From: Tolypothrix carrinoi HA7290-LM1
GTDB taxonomy: Bacteria > Cyanobacteriota > Cyanobacteriia > Cyanobacteriales > Nostocaceae
NCBI GenBank assembly: GCA_019358935.1
Contig: JAHHIK010000008.1
Coordinates: 32,001-96,000, forward strand
Direction: 5' to 3'
Length of the DNA stretch: 64,000 bases
Below the pieces are notes generated by a model, which ran no database searches, had not been told where the DNA came from, and was given only the letters and a program-made list of their open reading frames with translations. Positions 10,299-20,305 of this stretch are shown in pieces (positions within the stretch are counted from its first letter, which is position 1; each line of letters opens with the position of its first letter). Both the position numbers and the translations under genes were made by a program.

Positions 10299-11690
10299 CT
10301 ATCCTAGAATTCGCTTTAGTAAGGATAATTTACCTTTGTAGGGAGGGTACAGCCATTTAACATCTAGCAGGAAAGGCTTGTATAACACGCTTTTGTAATG
10401 AGAGAATGTGTCAAAACTAGCTTTACCGTGATAGCTACCAATACCGCTTTCACCTACACCACCAAATGGTAAAGATGAGACACCAACTTGGATGACTGTG
10501 TGGTTGATGCAAACTCCTCCGGATGAAGTTTGCTGACATACTTGCTTTTGCAGGTTTTTATTTTGGGAAAATAGATATAAAGCTAGGGGTTTTGGTCGAG
10601 AATTAATTAAGGCGATCGCTTCACCAATATCTGTGTATTCAATCACAGGCAAAATGGGTCCAAAAATTTCCTCCTGCATCACTGCATCTGCTGAGGAAAC
10701 TTTATCAATCACCGTTGGGGCAATATAAGACTCTGAAGAATTACTTTCGCCACCAACTATAATTTTACCATCTTTTAAGAAGTTAACCAACCTGTCAAAG
10801 TGTTTTTGATTAATTATTCTCGCATAATCAGGACTCGTTGCCGGATTATCACCATAAAATTCTTTCAAGCATTTTTGGATACCAGATAACAAATTATCTT
10901 TGATTTTTTTATCAACTAAAAGATAATCAGGTGCAATACAAGTTTGTCCAGCGTTGAGAAATTTGCCCCAAGTAATACGTCTAACAGTTTGTTCAAGATT
11001 GATGTCATCATCGACAATGCAAGGACTTTTACCACCTAATTCTAAAGTAACTGGTGTGAGGTGTTTTGCAGCAGCTTCCATGACTATTTTACCGACTGAT
11101 GTACCCCCAGTGAAAAAGATGTGGTCAAATTTTTCTGCTAATAGTTGTTGACTTGTTTCTACACCTCCTTCTAAGACTGTAATATAAGCTGGATCGAAAG
11201 ATTTGCTAATAATTTCTGCTAAAACACGAGAAGTATGAGGTGCGAGTTCTGAAGGTTTGAGAATTGCACAGTTGCCGGCAGCGATCGCGCCCACCAATGG
11301 GGAGATAATTAATTGCAATGGATAGTTCCAAGGACTAATAATTAAAACCACTCCCAGCGGTTCGGGATAAATTCGTGCCGATGCAGGGAAAAAGTCCAGA
11401 GAAACTGGTGCTTTCTTAGGCTTAGTCCAATTTTTAATATCTTTTATTGCTGAATCAATCTCCTTATATACTAAAACTTCTGTAGCATAAGCCTCAAATT
11501 CTGGTTTCTTTAAATCGGCTTGCAGTGCTTCGAGAATAAGTTGTGTATGCTCAATTACTGCTTGTTTGAGAGTTTTTAATTGGGCAATGCGAAAATCAAT
11601 ATTTTTGGTTTCTCCTGTTTGAAAAAAGTCACGTTGTTTGCGGATAATATCAGGGATGGATAAGTTAGTATGCATGTTTTTTTCTAACAT
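10299..11690 (-). CDS. NAD(P)-dependent aldehyde dehydrogenase (ALDH3-like)
   Basis: PWNYP, FTGG, LELGGKSP, NAGQTC and EEIFGP motifs. Confidence 0.95.
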   Translation of the reverse strand: MLEKNMHTNLSIPDIIRKQRDFFQTGETKNIDFRIAQLKTLKQAVIEHTQLILEALQADLKKPEFEAYATEVLVYKEIDSAIKDIKNWTKPKKAPVSLDFFPASARIYPEPLGVVLIISPWNYPLQLIISPLVGAIAAGNCAILKPSELAPHTSRVLAEIISKSFDPAYITVLEGGVETSQQLLAEKFDHIFFTGGTSVGKIVMEAAAKHLTPVTLELGGKSPCIVDDDINLEQTVRRITWGKFLNAGQTCIAPDYLLVDKKIKDNLLSGIQKCLKEFYGDNPATSPDYARIINQKHFDRLVNFLKDGKIIVGGESNSSESYIAPTVIDKVSSADAVMQEEIFGPILPVIEYTDIGEAIALINSRPKPLALYLFSQNKNLQKQVCQQTSSGGVCINHTVIQVGVSSLPFGGVGESGIGSYHGKASFDTFSHYKSVLYKPFLLDVKWLYPPYKGKLSLLKRILG

Positions 11691-11712
11691 TCAAAATGTT
11701 TGAGTTGATTTC

Positions 11713-11755
11713 TAAACGCAGAGTGGCGCTGAGGTATACGCAAAGGTGCGCGGAG
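11713..11755 (+). repeat. Solo copy of the GxxExxY-flanking four-unit CGCNRAG arm
   Basis: AA-CGCAGAG-TGG-CGCTGAG-GTATA-CGCAAAG-GTG-CGCGGAG. Confidence 0.75.
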
Positions 11756-11813
11756 TATGAGTTAGAGTTATTTGTGTTTGGTAAAAATTGGGATACAATC
11801 TTTGAATCTGCGT

Positions 11814-12890
11814 TTATTTGACGGGTAAATTAACAATAAATACACTACCTTTACCGAATTCAGAATTGACTCGAATTGTTCCTTCATGTGCTTCGACGAT
11901 TCGACGAGAAAGATAAAGTCCTAAACCACTACCAGAACTTTTGTGGCTTCCTTGGCGAAATCGTTCAAATAAGGTGGTTTGTTCTTGGGGGGGAATTCCT
12001 GAACCTGTATCTGCTATTTCAATGGTAACAATTTCAGCTTGAGAAGTTAAGCGGATGGTAATTGAGCCGGTGTCGGTAAATTTGATAGCATTGCCTACAA
12101 GGTTGGTGAATAAGCGATGTAATTCTAAGCGATCGCCTATCATTTTACTGGTTAACTCTTCTGTCAAATCTAGATTTATACAAAGTGATTTGGCTTGCGC
12201 TAAAGGTGTTAGTTCTCCTGCAACCTCTTCTAATAACGAGCAAAGATTAATTGGTTGAAATGCCAAGGTTTTGCGACCGGCTTCAAAGCGGTAAACTTCT
12301 AATAAGGTATTCACCATCGCTAGCAGGTTGGTATTACTGCGAGCCATGATAACAATAACTTCCTCCATTTGTGCTGATAGATTTCCTAAAGCACCTTGCT
12401 GAAACAGCATCAGTATTCGATCTGCTGCTACTAAAGGGGTGCGTAAGTCGTGGGTGAGACGCGAAACAAAATCTTCTCGCTGTTTTGCTATTTCGTCACG
12501 TTCGTCTATGCTGTGTTTGAGTCGCAGAAGCGATCGCACTCGCGCTAATAATTCATCGACTGTTACAGGTTTGCGGATAAAATCATCAGCACCCAAATCT
12601 AATCCTTGAGCGACATTCGGTGCGTCATGAGCGGTAATCAGCAGAATCGGAATATATGGCAATTGCGTATTGCCACGCACACGGTTTGTAACTTCGTAAC
12701 CATCCATTCCCGGCATCATCAAATCTAGCAATACCAAGTCACAACCAGATGTTTCAATTTGGGCGATCGCTAAAGCACCATTTTCTGCCGTGCTAACTAT
12801 GTAGCCTTCTTCCTCCAGAATGGTTTTGATTAAAAATACGTTATCGGGAGAATCGTCTACAACGAGAATTTTGTCAGATTGCGAACTCAT
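11814..12890 (-). CDS. Hybrid receiver-histidine kinase
   Basis: Receiver (ILVVDD, LLDLMMP) plus HisKA (THDLRTPL) and HATPase (NAIKF, DTGSG, GLGL). Confidence 0.95.
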   Translation of the reverse strand: MSSQSDKILVVDDSPDNVFLIKTILEEEGYIVSTAENGALAIAQIETSGCDLVLLDLMMPGMDGYEVTNRVRGNTQLPYIPILLITAHDAPNVAQGLDLGADDFIRKPVTVDELLARVRSLLRLKHSIDERDEIAKQREDFVSRLTHDLRTPLVAADRILMLFQQGALGNLSAQMEEVIVIMARSNTNLLAMVNTLLEVYRFEAGRKTLAFQPINLCSLLEEVAGELTPLAQAKSLCINLDLTEELTSKMIGDRLELHRLFTNLVGNAIKFTDTGSITIRLTSQAEIVTIEIADTGSGIPPQEQTTLFERFRQGSHKSSGSGLGLYLSRRIVEAHEGTIRVNSEFGKGSVFIVNLPVK

Positions 12891-13111
12891 ATAAAAGCAA
12901 TATATACGTAAATTTAAATTACAAGGTTAATTAGGTAGGCAGTCCGAGCGATCGCTATTTTACTTTTAATTATGGTTATATAAATGTTGCATCCGGCGAT
13001 TTTAATTGTCGGGACAGATGCCGCTTTATTGATATCATTATTAAATTTAAACCTCCCCCCCCTTGTCCTCCCCCTCCCCCTTGTCCTCCCCCTCCCCCTC
13101 CTCTCCCTCCA

Positions 13112-16100
13112 ATGAAAGCACCCCACCCAAAGTATGAATATCAAGTTGGGGGAAGTCTACCGGCTGATGCTCCCACTTACGTGACGCGGCAGGCAGATGA
13201 TGATTTATACAGAGGTTTAAAGGCAGCGGAGTTTTGCTATGTGCTGAATTCGCGACAAATGGGCAAATCCAGCTTGCGGGTAAGAACTATGGAACGCTTG
13301 CAAGCTGAGGGAATTGCTTGTGCGGCAATTGATATTACCGCGATTGGAACTTGGGATATCACACCTGAGCAATGGTATGCAGGGGTGATTGATAGTATAG
13401 TTGGCAGTTTGTATTTATACAACAATTTTGATTTAGATAGCTGGTGGGAGAGTCACCATTTACTTTCTCCGGTGCAGCGATTCGGCAAGTTTATCGAAGA
13501 TGTTTTGTTGGTAGAGATTTCTGGACAAATTGTCATCTTTGTGGATGAAATCGATAGCATCCTCAGTCTGAGTTTTTCGATAGATGATTTTTTTGCTTTA
13601 ATTAGAAGTTGCTATAACTTGCGTGCTGATAATCCAGAATATAAGCGGATTACTTTTACGCTGTTTGGGGTAGCGACACCTTCAGATTTGATTGCGGATA
13701 AAAAGCGAACACCGTTTAATATTGGCAGAGCGATCGCACTGACTGGTTTTCAATTCGATGAAGCTGCACCATTAGCTGAAGGGTTTGTGGGTCAGGTGAG
13801 TAATCCGCAAGCAGTGCTGCGAGAAATTTTAACTTGGACTGGTGGACAACCGTTTCTCACGCAGAAGGTTTGTAAGTTACTGCTTCAAGCAGACAGACCT
13901 AACCCCCCAACCCCCTTCCCTGCGAGGGAAGGGGGAGTAGTTCTCCCCTCCCCTAGTAGGGGAGGGGTAGGGGGAGAGGTCAGTATCAACGCGGTGGAGT
14001 GGGTGGAAGAGTTAGTGCGATCGCATGTTATCAGAAATTGGGAATCGCAGGATGAACCGGAGCATTTAAGGACGATACGCGATCGCTTGTTGCAAAATCA
14101 GCAGCGTGCTGGCAGGTTGTTGGGATTATATCAGCAAATATTGCAATCTTACCAACCCCCCTTTGAAAAGGGGGGAGAAGGGGGGATCGCAAGTGATGAC
14201 AGTTCCGAGCAAATGGAATTGCGGCTTTCTGGATTGGTTGTCAAGCAGCAGGGATTAAAGGTTTCTAACCGCATTTACGCAGCGGTTTTTAATCAAAGTT
14301 GGGTTGATCAAGCATTTGCGAAACTGCGTCCCTATGCACAAGGGTTAACAGCGTGGTTAGATTCTGGTTGTGAAGATGAATCGCGTTTGTTGCGGGGGCA
14401 AACTTTGCGAGATGCTCAGACATGGACAGTGGGCAAAAGTTTAAGCGATCAAGATTATCAATTTTTAGCTGCAAGTCAGCAGTTAGACCGGCAAGAAGTG
14501 CAAATTGCCTTGGATGCGGAAAGACAAGCCAAGCAAATATTAGCTGATGCACGACAGAAAGCAGAAATCGCTTTAGAAGAAGAAAGACAAGCGAATCAGC
14601 GGTTAGCGCAAGCGCAACAAAAAACACGACGACAAACTTATATTGGTGCTGCGATTTTGGGAGTGACACTGCTGGGAGCGGTAGTAATAGCGACAGTGGC
14701 AGAACAAGCCAGACAAAACGCTTTCACTGCTGGTGAAGTCGAACGTGAGGGTAATTCTGCCTCAGAACGCTTTAAGTTGAATAAAGCTGAAAGTGTTCAA
14801 AGTTTAGTTATGGCAATGCAAGCTGGGCAAACTCTGAAAAACTTGGTGAAAGAAAAGCCCTCGATTGTCGATTACCCTGCTTTGAGTCCGATATTGAGCA
14901 TCCAAGAGATTTTAGCGGAGATTCAAGAAAAAAATACCTTAGAGGGACATTCCTTACCTGTATTGAGCGTCGCATTTAGCAGTGATGGCAAAACTATTGC
15001 TTCTGGAAGTTACGACAACACGATCAAAATCTGGGACAGCAGCACCGGCAAAGTAATTCGCACCCTAACTGGACATTCCGAATTTGTAAGGAGCGTCGCA
15101 TTTAGCAGTGATGGCAAAACTATTGCTTCTGGAAGTTACGACAACACCATCAAAATCTGGGACAGCAGCACCGGCAAAGTAATTCGCACCCTCACTGGAC
15201 ATTCCTCACCTGTATATAGCGTCGCATTTAGCAGTGATGGCAAAACTATTGCTTCTGGAAGTTACGACAACACCATCAAAATCTGGGACAGCAGCACCGG
15301 CAAACTAATTCGCACCCTCACTGGACATTCCTCACCTGTATATAGCGTCGCATTTAGCAGTGATGGCAAAACTATTGCTTCTGGAAGTGAGGACAAGACG
15401 ATCAAAATCTGGGACAGCAGCACCGGCAAAGTAATTCGCACTTTAACTGGACATTCCTCAGATACACTTAGCTTCAGTATAAATAATGGCAAAACAGTTT
15501 CTTTTGGAAGTAGCGTCGCATTTAGCAGTGATGGCAAAACTATTGCTTCTGGAAGTGACGACAACACGATCAAAATCTGGGACAGCAGCACCGGCAAACT
15601 AATTCGCACCCTAACTGGACATTCCTCATCTGTATTGAGCGTCGCATTTAGCAGTGATGGCAAAACTGTTGCTTCTGGAAGTTGGGACAACACGATCAAA
15701 ATCTGGGACAGCAGCACCGGCAAACTAATTCGCACTTTAACCGGACATTCCCAAGGTGTATTGAGCGTCGCATTTAGCAGTGATGGCAAAATTGCTTCTG
15801 GAAGTGAAGACAACACGATCAAAATCTGGGACAGCAGCACCGGCAAAGTAATTCCCACCCTGAAGGGACATTCCGAATCTGTAAGTAGCGTCGCATTTAG
15901 CAGTGATGGCAAAACAGTTGCTTCTGGAAGTTACGACAGCACGATCAAAATCTGGGACAGCAGCACCGGCAAACTAATTCGCACTTTAACCGGACATTCC
16001 CAAGGTGTATTGAGCGTCGCTTTTAGCAGTGATGGCAAAACAGTTGCTTCTGGAAGTTGGGACAACACCATCAAAATCTGGGACAGCAGCACCGGCAAAC

Positions 16101-18040
16101 TAATTCGCACCCTAACCGGATATTCCCAAGGTGTATTGAGCGTCGCATTTAGCAGTGATGGCAAAATTGCTTCTGGAAGTGAAGACAACACGATCAAAAT
16201 CTGGGACAGCAGCACCGGCAAAGTAATTCCCACCCTGAAGGGACATTCCTCAATTGTCAGTAGCGTCGCTTTTAGCAGTGATGGCAAAACAGTTGCTTCT
16301 GGAAGTGCTGACAACACGATCAAAATCTGGGACAGCAGCACCGGCAAACTAATTCGCACCCTCACGGGACATTCCTCATCTGTAAATAGCGTCGCATTTA
16401 GCAGTGATGGCAAAACCGTTGCTTCTGGAAGTGACGACAACAGCATCAAAATCTGGGACAGCAGCACCGGCAAACTAATTCGCACCCTAACCGGACATTC
16501 CTCATCTGTAAATAGCGTCGCATTTAGCAGTGATGGCAAAACCGTTGCTTCTGGAAGTGCTGACAACACGATCAAAATCTGGGACAGCAGCACCGGCAAA
16601 CTAATTCGCACCCTAACCGGACATTCCGAATCTGTAAGTAGCGTCGCATTTAGCAGTGATGGCAAAACTGTTGCTTCTGGAAGTTACGATAACACCATCA
16701 AAATCTGGTACTTCGATTTAGATAATTTACTTTCGCGAAGTTGTCAGAGACTCAAAGCTTATCTGATTAATCATCCAGAGGATTTAGAACCACTGACATT
16801 TTGTCAAGAACAAAATCCCGATATTTTATTGGCAGCAGTCCCAGTCATGGTGACAGCCGGAGAAACTTCCGCCAGAAATGGTAATTTTGAAGATGCCCTT
16901 GCTAAGTTCAAAACAGCTAAAAAATGGGACTCTAAATTAGACATTAATCCGAAAGTCAAAACTGATTCTCTCCGCTTGGAGTTTGAAGGTAGAAAGTTAG
17001 CCAATGAAGGTGATTTTGATGGTGCAATAACCAAGTTTAAACAAGCAAAGCAACTAAACGTCAAAATTGACTTCGACACAGTTACCGATGGTGTGCAGAA
17101 CGATCCCGAAAAAGTTGCTAAAGAACTTGTCAGTCAAGTTTTAGTTAAACAAGGCAGAGAACAAGCAAACAAAGGTGATGTTGACGGTGCAACAGCCAAG
17201 TTGAAACAAGCACAGCAACTAAACGCGAAAATTGACCTTGATGATAATACTGAAGGTGTGCAAACTAACCCCCAAGCTGTTGCCAAAAAACTTTTCAGTC
17301 AAGCCTTAGTTCAACAAGGTAAAGACTTAGCCACACAAGGTAATTTGGATGGTGCAGTTGCCAAGTTTAAACAAGCACAGAAACTAGATACCAAAATTGA
17401 CCTCGACACAGATACTAAAGGGGTGCAAACTAACATCCAAGCTGTTGCCAAAGACTTTACCATCAAAGGACTTGTTGATCAAGGCACACAACTAGCCAGA
17501 CAAGGTGATATTCCCGATGCAGTTGCCAAGTTCAAAGAAGCACAACGAATCCAACCCAAGGTAGATATCAATCCAGACATTGATGGTCTACAAAATAAAC
17601 TCGAAAAAGCAGCCCAAGACCTTTACATAGCCGGTTTAATTGATGAAGCCGAAGAACAATTAAAGCAGGATGAATATAGCAAAGCAATTGCAGTTTATAA
17701 AAAGATTGAAAACTTAAAGCCAACAAAAGAAAACCTAGCTAAATCTGGGAATAGTTTGTGCCGGCAAGCTAGCTTACAAGGTTATGTCAAGAATGTAGTT
17801 AACGATGCTTGTGAAAAAGCAGTGAAACTTGCACCTAATAATGCTTATATCCGCGATAGTCGCGGTTTAGCGAGAGCGCTAACTGGTAATTTTAAAGGTG
17901 CAATTGAGGACTTTCAGGTATTTATCGAATCAACTGACGATGGTGATGAGAAGAAACAACGGGAAAGCTGGGTGAAAGACTTGCAAGCGGGTAAGAATCC
18001 GTTTACACCAGAGGAGTTGGAGAAGTTGCGGGGGGATTGA
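13112..18040 (+). CDS. AAA-like (STAND-type) ATPase with TM helix, 14 WD40 repeats and TPR-like repeats
   Basis: YQVGGSL, RQMGKSS, IFVDEID and [11 protein letters not shown] motifs; 14 GHS...IKIW repeats; C-terminal TPR-like helices. Confidence 0.9.
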   Translation: MKAPHPKYEYQVGGSLPADAPTYVTRQADDDLYRGLKAAEFCYVLNSRQMGKSSLRVRTMERLQAEGIACAAIDITAIGTWDITPEQWYAGVIDSIVGSLYLYNNFDLDSWWESHHLLSPVQRFGKFIEDVLLVEISGQIVIFVDEIDSILSLSFSIDDFFALIRSCYNLRADNPEYKRITFTLFGVATPSDLIADKKRTPFNIGRAIALTGFQFDEAAPLAEGFVGQVSNPQAVLREILTWTGGQPFLTQKVCKLLLQADRPNPPTPFPAREGGVVLPSPSRGGVGGEVSINAVEWVEELVRSHVIRNWESQDEPEHLRTIRDRLLQNQQRAGRLLGLYQQILQSYQPPFEKGGEGGIASDDSSEQMELRLSGLVVKQQGLKVSNRIYAAVFNQSWVDQAFAKLRPYAQGLTAWLDSGCEDESRLLRGQTLRDAQTWTVGKSLSDQDYQFLAASQQLDRQEVQIALDAERQAKQILADARQKAEIALEEERQANQRLAQAQQKTRRQTYIGAAILGVTLLGAVVIATVAEQARQNAFTAGEVEREGNSASERFKLNKAESVQSLVMAMQAGQTLKNLVKEKPSIVDYPALSPILSIQEILAEIQEKNTLEGHSLPVLSVAFSSDGKTIASGSYDNTIKIWDSSTGKVIRTLTGHSEFVRSVAFSSDGKTIASGSYDNTIKIWDSSTGKVIRTLTGHSSPVYSVAFSSDGKTIASGSYDNTIKIWDSSTGKLIRTLTGHSSPVYSVAFSSDGKTIASGSEDKTIKIWDSSTGKVIRTLTGHSSDTLSFSINNGKTVSFGSSVAFSSDGKTIASGSDDNTIKIWDSSTGKLIRTLTGHSSSVLSVAFSSDGKTVASGSWDNTIKIWDSSTGKLIRTLTGHSQGVLSVAFSSDGKIASGSEDNTIKIWDSSTGKVIPTLKGHSESVSSVAFSSDGKTVASGSYDSTIKIWDSSTGKLIRTLTGHSQGVLSVAFSSDGKTVASGSWDNTIKIWDSSTGKLIRTLTGYSQGVLSVAFSSDGKIASGSEDNTIKIWDSSTGKVIPTLKGHSSIVSSVAFSSDGKTVASGSADNTIKIWDSSTGKLIRTLTGHSSSVNSVAFSSDGKTVASGSDDNSIKIWDSSTGKLIRTLTGHSSSVNSVAFSSDGKTVASGSADNTIKIWDSSTGKLIRTLTGHSESVSSVAFSSDGKTVASGSYDNTIKIWYFDLDNLLSRSCQRLKAYLINHPEDLEPLTFCQEQNPDILLAAVPVMVTAGETSARNGNFEDALAKFKTAKKWDSKLDINPKVKTDSLRLEFEGRKLANEGDFDGAITKFKQAKQLNVKIDFDTVTDGVQNDPEKVAKELVSQVLVKQGREQANKGDVDGATAKLKQAQQLNAKIDLDDNTEGVQTNPQAVAKKLFSQALVQQGKDLATQGNLDGAVAKFKQAQKLDTKIDLDTDTKGVQTNIQAVAKDFTIKGLVDQGTQLARQGDIPDAVAKFKEAQRIQPKVDINPDIDGLQNKLEKAAQDLYIAGLIDEAEEQLKQDEYSKAIAVYKKIENLKPTKENLAKSGNSLCRQASLQGYVKNVVNDACEKAVKLAPNNAYIRDSRGLARALTGNFKGAIEDFQVFIESTDDGDEKKQRESWVKDLQAGKNPFTPEELEKLRGD
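14938..16710 (+). repeat. 14 near-identical, about 126-bp WD40-coding tandem repeats
   Basis: Recurrent agcgtcgcatttagcagtgatggcaaaac...atcaaaatctgggacagcagcaccggcaaa. Confidence 0.95.
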
Positions 18041-18125
18041 CCTCTCTCCAAACCTCTCTCCTAAGAGGAGAGAGGCTTTGAATCTTACTCCCCTTCCCTT
18101 GTAGGGAAGGGGTTGGGGGTTAGGT
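18039..18125 (-). repeat. Double-hairpin small dispersed repeat (same family as in-frame copy at 13896-13981)
   Basis: Reverse complement reads acctaacccccaaccccttccctacaagggaagggg...ggagagaggtc; overlaps the stop codon of the AAA-WD40 gene. Confidence 0.75.
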
Positions 18126-18158
18126 TTTGATCTGCAACGCACTATTTTATTCTAGTGT

Positions 18159-18329
18159 GGTAACGACAGCTTCTATTTTTATAACCACAGCTTCAACGTT
18201 AGTAACGACAGCTTCAACGTTAGTAACGACAGCTTCAACGTTAGTAACGACAGCTTCAACGTTAATAACGACAGCTTCAACTTTCATAAGCAAAACTTAA
18301 GCGTTGGTAACGACAGCTTTCACTTTCAT
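18159..18329. repeat. 21-bp tandem repeat (GTAACGACAGCTTCAACGTTA), about 8 units including degenerate ones
   Basis: Directly visible; no spacers between units. Confidence 0.85.
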
Positions 18330-18407
18330 AATAAAAAAAAATTATAAAGTTATAACTAATGTTTGACGACAAGACGATGCAACGTCTACGCATGGGAGAG
18401 AAAAAGA

Positions 18408-18545
18408 GCGATGTCTTGCGACAAGCCCTTCGGGTTCGGGAGTTCGCAATCGACGGGAAGCGGAGCCACTGCGGTGGACGGGTCTCCCGGCATAAAGCAA
18501 GTGGCGTCCAAGACTGCGACTCCCTCACCGCTAAGGTGTCTACGC
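18408..18545 (+). repeat. Nested small dispersed repeats inside a split HIP1 site
   Basis: GCGAT-gtcttgcgacaagcc...gtgtcta-CGC encloses a second hairpin repeat, which encloses a 46-bp GGAGCC...TGGCGT unit. Confidence 0.6.
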
Positions 18546-18552
18546 CGGCTTA

Positions 18553-18903
18553 CTACACAATTTGCACTGTTTGAGTGTTAATTTGTGTTACATTATTCAA
18601 CCTAACATCATTCGTAAATAACATTGCATTCAATCCTTGTGCAGTTGCAGCAATAATTGCGTCCGGAAGCCTAAGTTTGTATTGTTTGCGAAGTGCTATT
18701 GTTAAATTTTTGATATTATTATCAATACCAACAACTGTAATTTTATTTAAAAAGTCAATAATTTGTATTTCTTCATCTGAACTGAGGCTGGGATAAGATA
18801 ACAATTCAATTTCAGTAATTACGGACACAAAATATTGTCCTGATGGTAATGGATTTACTAACCTACCACCCAGAAAGTACAAAACTATATTTGTATCTAA
18901 CAA
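18553..18903 (-). CDS. vapC: PIN-domain VapC toxin (start uncertain)
   Basis: LDTN, SVITEIE, LPDAIIAATA and LFTND motifs. Confidence 0.85.
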   Translation of the reverse strand: MLDTNIVLYFLGGRLVNPLPSGQYFVSVITEIELLSYPSLSSDEEIQIIDFLNKITVVGIDNNIKNLTIALRKQYKLRLPDAIIAATAQGLNAMLFTNDVRLNNVTQINTQTVQIV

Positions 18904-18923
18904 TATTAAAGGCTGCGTTAAGT

Positions 18924-19130
18924 TTATTCATGCCTGCTTTGCTGCTGATATTCTAAAGGGTCTTGAGTGAGTTGAATTACACCTGCATATTTATTTAAAT
19001 CAAAATGTTCTTGTTGTGATTGATAAACATTTAAGATTTGCTCAATTGTCTGCCAGTCTTGATAATCAATCAAAACTGCTACTGGACGCATTGCTTCATC
19101 AGTGACAATTTTCTTATTCACTCTTAGCAT
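18924..19130 (-). CDS. Putative antitoxin of the VapC pair
   Basis: 68 aa, directly upstream of the PIN gene; RPVAVLIDYQDW...DPLEYQ. Confidence 0.7.
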   Translation of the reverse strand: MLRVNKKIVTDEAMRPVAVLIDYQDWQTIEQILNVYQSQQEHFDLNKYAGVIQLTQDPLEYQQQSRHE

Positions 19131-19391
19131 AATTGTTTAGTTTGGATGTAAGTTGACTTTTTTATCTTAGCTTTTTAACTTAATTGGATAAATGGCGATG
19201 TCTATCGACAAGCCGAGGAAGCGTCTACGCATAACTCAAACTGCATGAAAAATTTATGCGATACAATGAAGGGAGTCACTTCGTGAACGCTTAAACAGAA
19301 AAACAAGATTCCCGACAACTTATGCGAAATCGGGAATCTAGGTAGGAATTTGGGTAATAGCGATCGCCTAAATCAAAATGAACTAATTACA

Positions 19392-20267
19392 TCACACCTC
19401 CGGTTCAATTCCCGCAGCTCTGAGTTGTTGTGCTAATCTATCAGCACGTTGACCTTCATCATCAGCACGTTGACGTTCCTCATCCGCACGTTGACGTTCC
19501 TCATCAGCACGTTGACGTTCATCCTCAGCACGTTGACGTTCCTCTTCTGCACGTTGACGTTCCTCTTCTGCACGTTGACGTTCTTCTTCTGCACGTTGAC
19601 GTTCTTCTTCTACACGTTGACGTTCTCTAGTTGTCAACTCCGAACCCCACAGCAGCAGTTCTCCGCTTTCATCCCACCAGCGCAACCAATAGCCATTTCG
19701 ATTTTCGCGGCTACCTTGCCATATACCTAAGAAAAGGTTCATTTCTCCAATCCAGCAACGATTATTTACATCTGGGGTTTGAATTTGATAGCGTCCTGAA
19801 TCATCCAATTGATAAACCTCCAGTACTCCAGTACTCGGTTCAAAAATTGCATAATTGGGAACTTGCAAAATCTGTTCGTAAAAAAACCACTTTCCCGGTG
19901 GATAAGTTGGTTTACTTGAATATTCCCCACCTTCGGTATCGGAAATAAATTCCATCACAATCACTGGAATATCTCCTTGAAGTCGCGGTGTATAACTGCG
20001 CGTCACTTCTTCTCGCGAAACCCGAATTGCTGGTACATATCCCCAATCAGGTGCTTTCACGACAAACTTATTATTTAAAGTGGCACAAATACCGTAGTTA
20101 GTGGTAGTCAAAGCATTCGCGGGTAATTTACCAGCAAATACCAAGCTTTCGGTTAACGCAGCAGCTAAAGGTGGTTGATTAATATTATCCACTGGCTCGT
20201 CATCTAAAATAAAATCGTCTGGTAACTTTTCCCAGGTAACTTCAAATGTGGCTGAATTAGCTAACAT
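19392..20267 (-). CDS. Uma2-family endonuclease with C-terminal heptad (EEERQRA)n coiled coil
   Basis: KAPDW, VMEFISD and WLRWWD motifs; 21-bp repeats at about 19440-19625. Confidence 0.85.
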   Translation of the reverse strand: MLANSATFEVTWEKLPDDFILDDEPVDNINQPPLAAALTESLVFAGKLPANALTTTNYGICATLNNKFVVKAPDWGYVPAIRVSREEVTRSYTPRLQGDIPVIVMEFISDTEGGEYSSKPTYPPGKWFFYEQILQVPNYAIFEPSTGVLEVYQLDDSGRYQIQTPDVNNRCWIGEMNLFLGIWQGSRENRNGYWLRWWDESGELLLWGSELTTRERQRVEEERQRAEEERQRAEEERQRAEEERQRAEDERQRADEERQRADEERQRADDEGQRADRLAQQLRAAGIEPEV

Positions 20268-20305
20268 AATGCTACTACCTCATTACGCCGTTTAATTATC
20301 GGTGG

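Noticed and set aside
15262..16665. Long antisense ORFs (216 and 244 aa)
   Set aside because: They are shadows of the WD40 repeats on the opposite strand.
14938..16710. Diversity-generating retroelement as the source of WD40 variation
   Set aside because: There is no reverse transcriptase or template repeat in the window, and the variation includes indels and block duplications.
18159..18329. Possible CRISPR array
   Set aside because: The 21-bp units are head-to-tail with no unique spacers, and no cas genes are present.
19430..19948. Plus-strand HVDV/TLTF repeat ORFs
   Set aside because: They are antisense readings of the Uma2 gene and its (EEERQRA)n tail.
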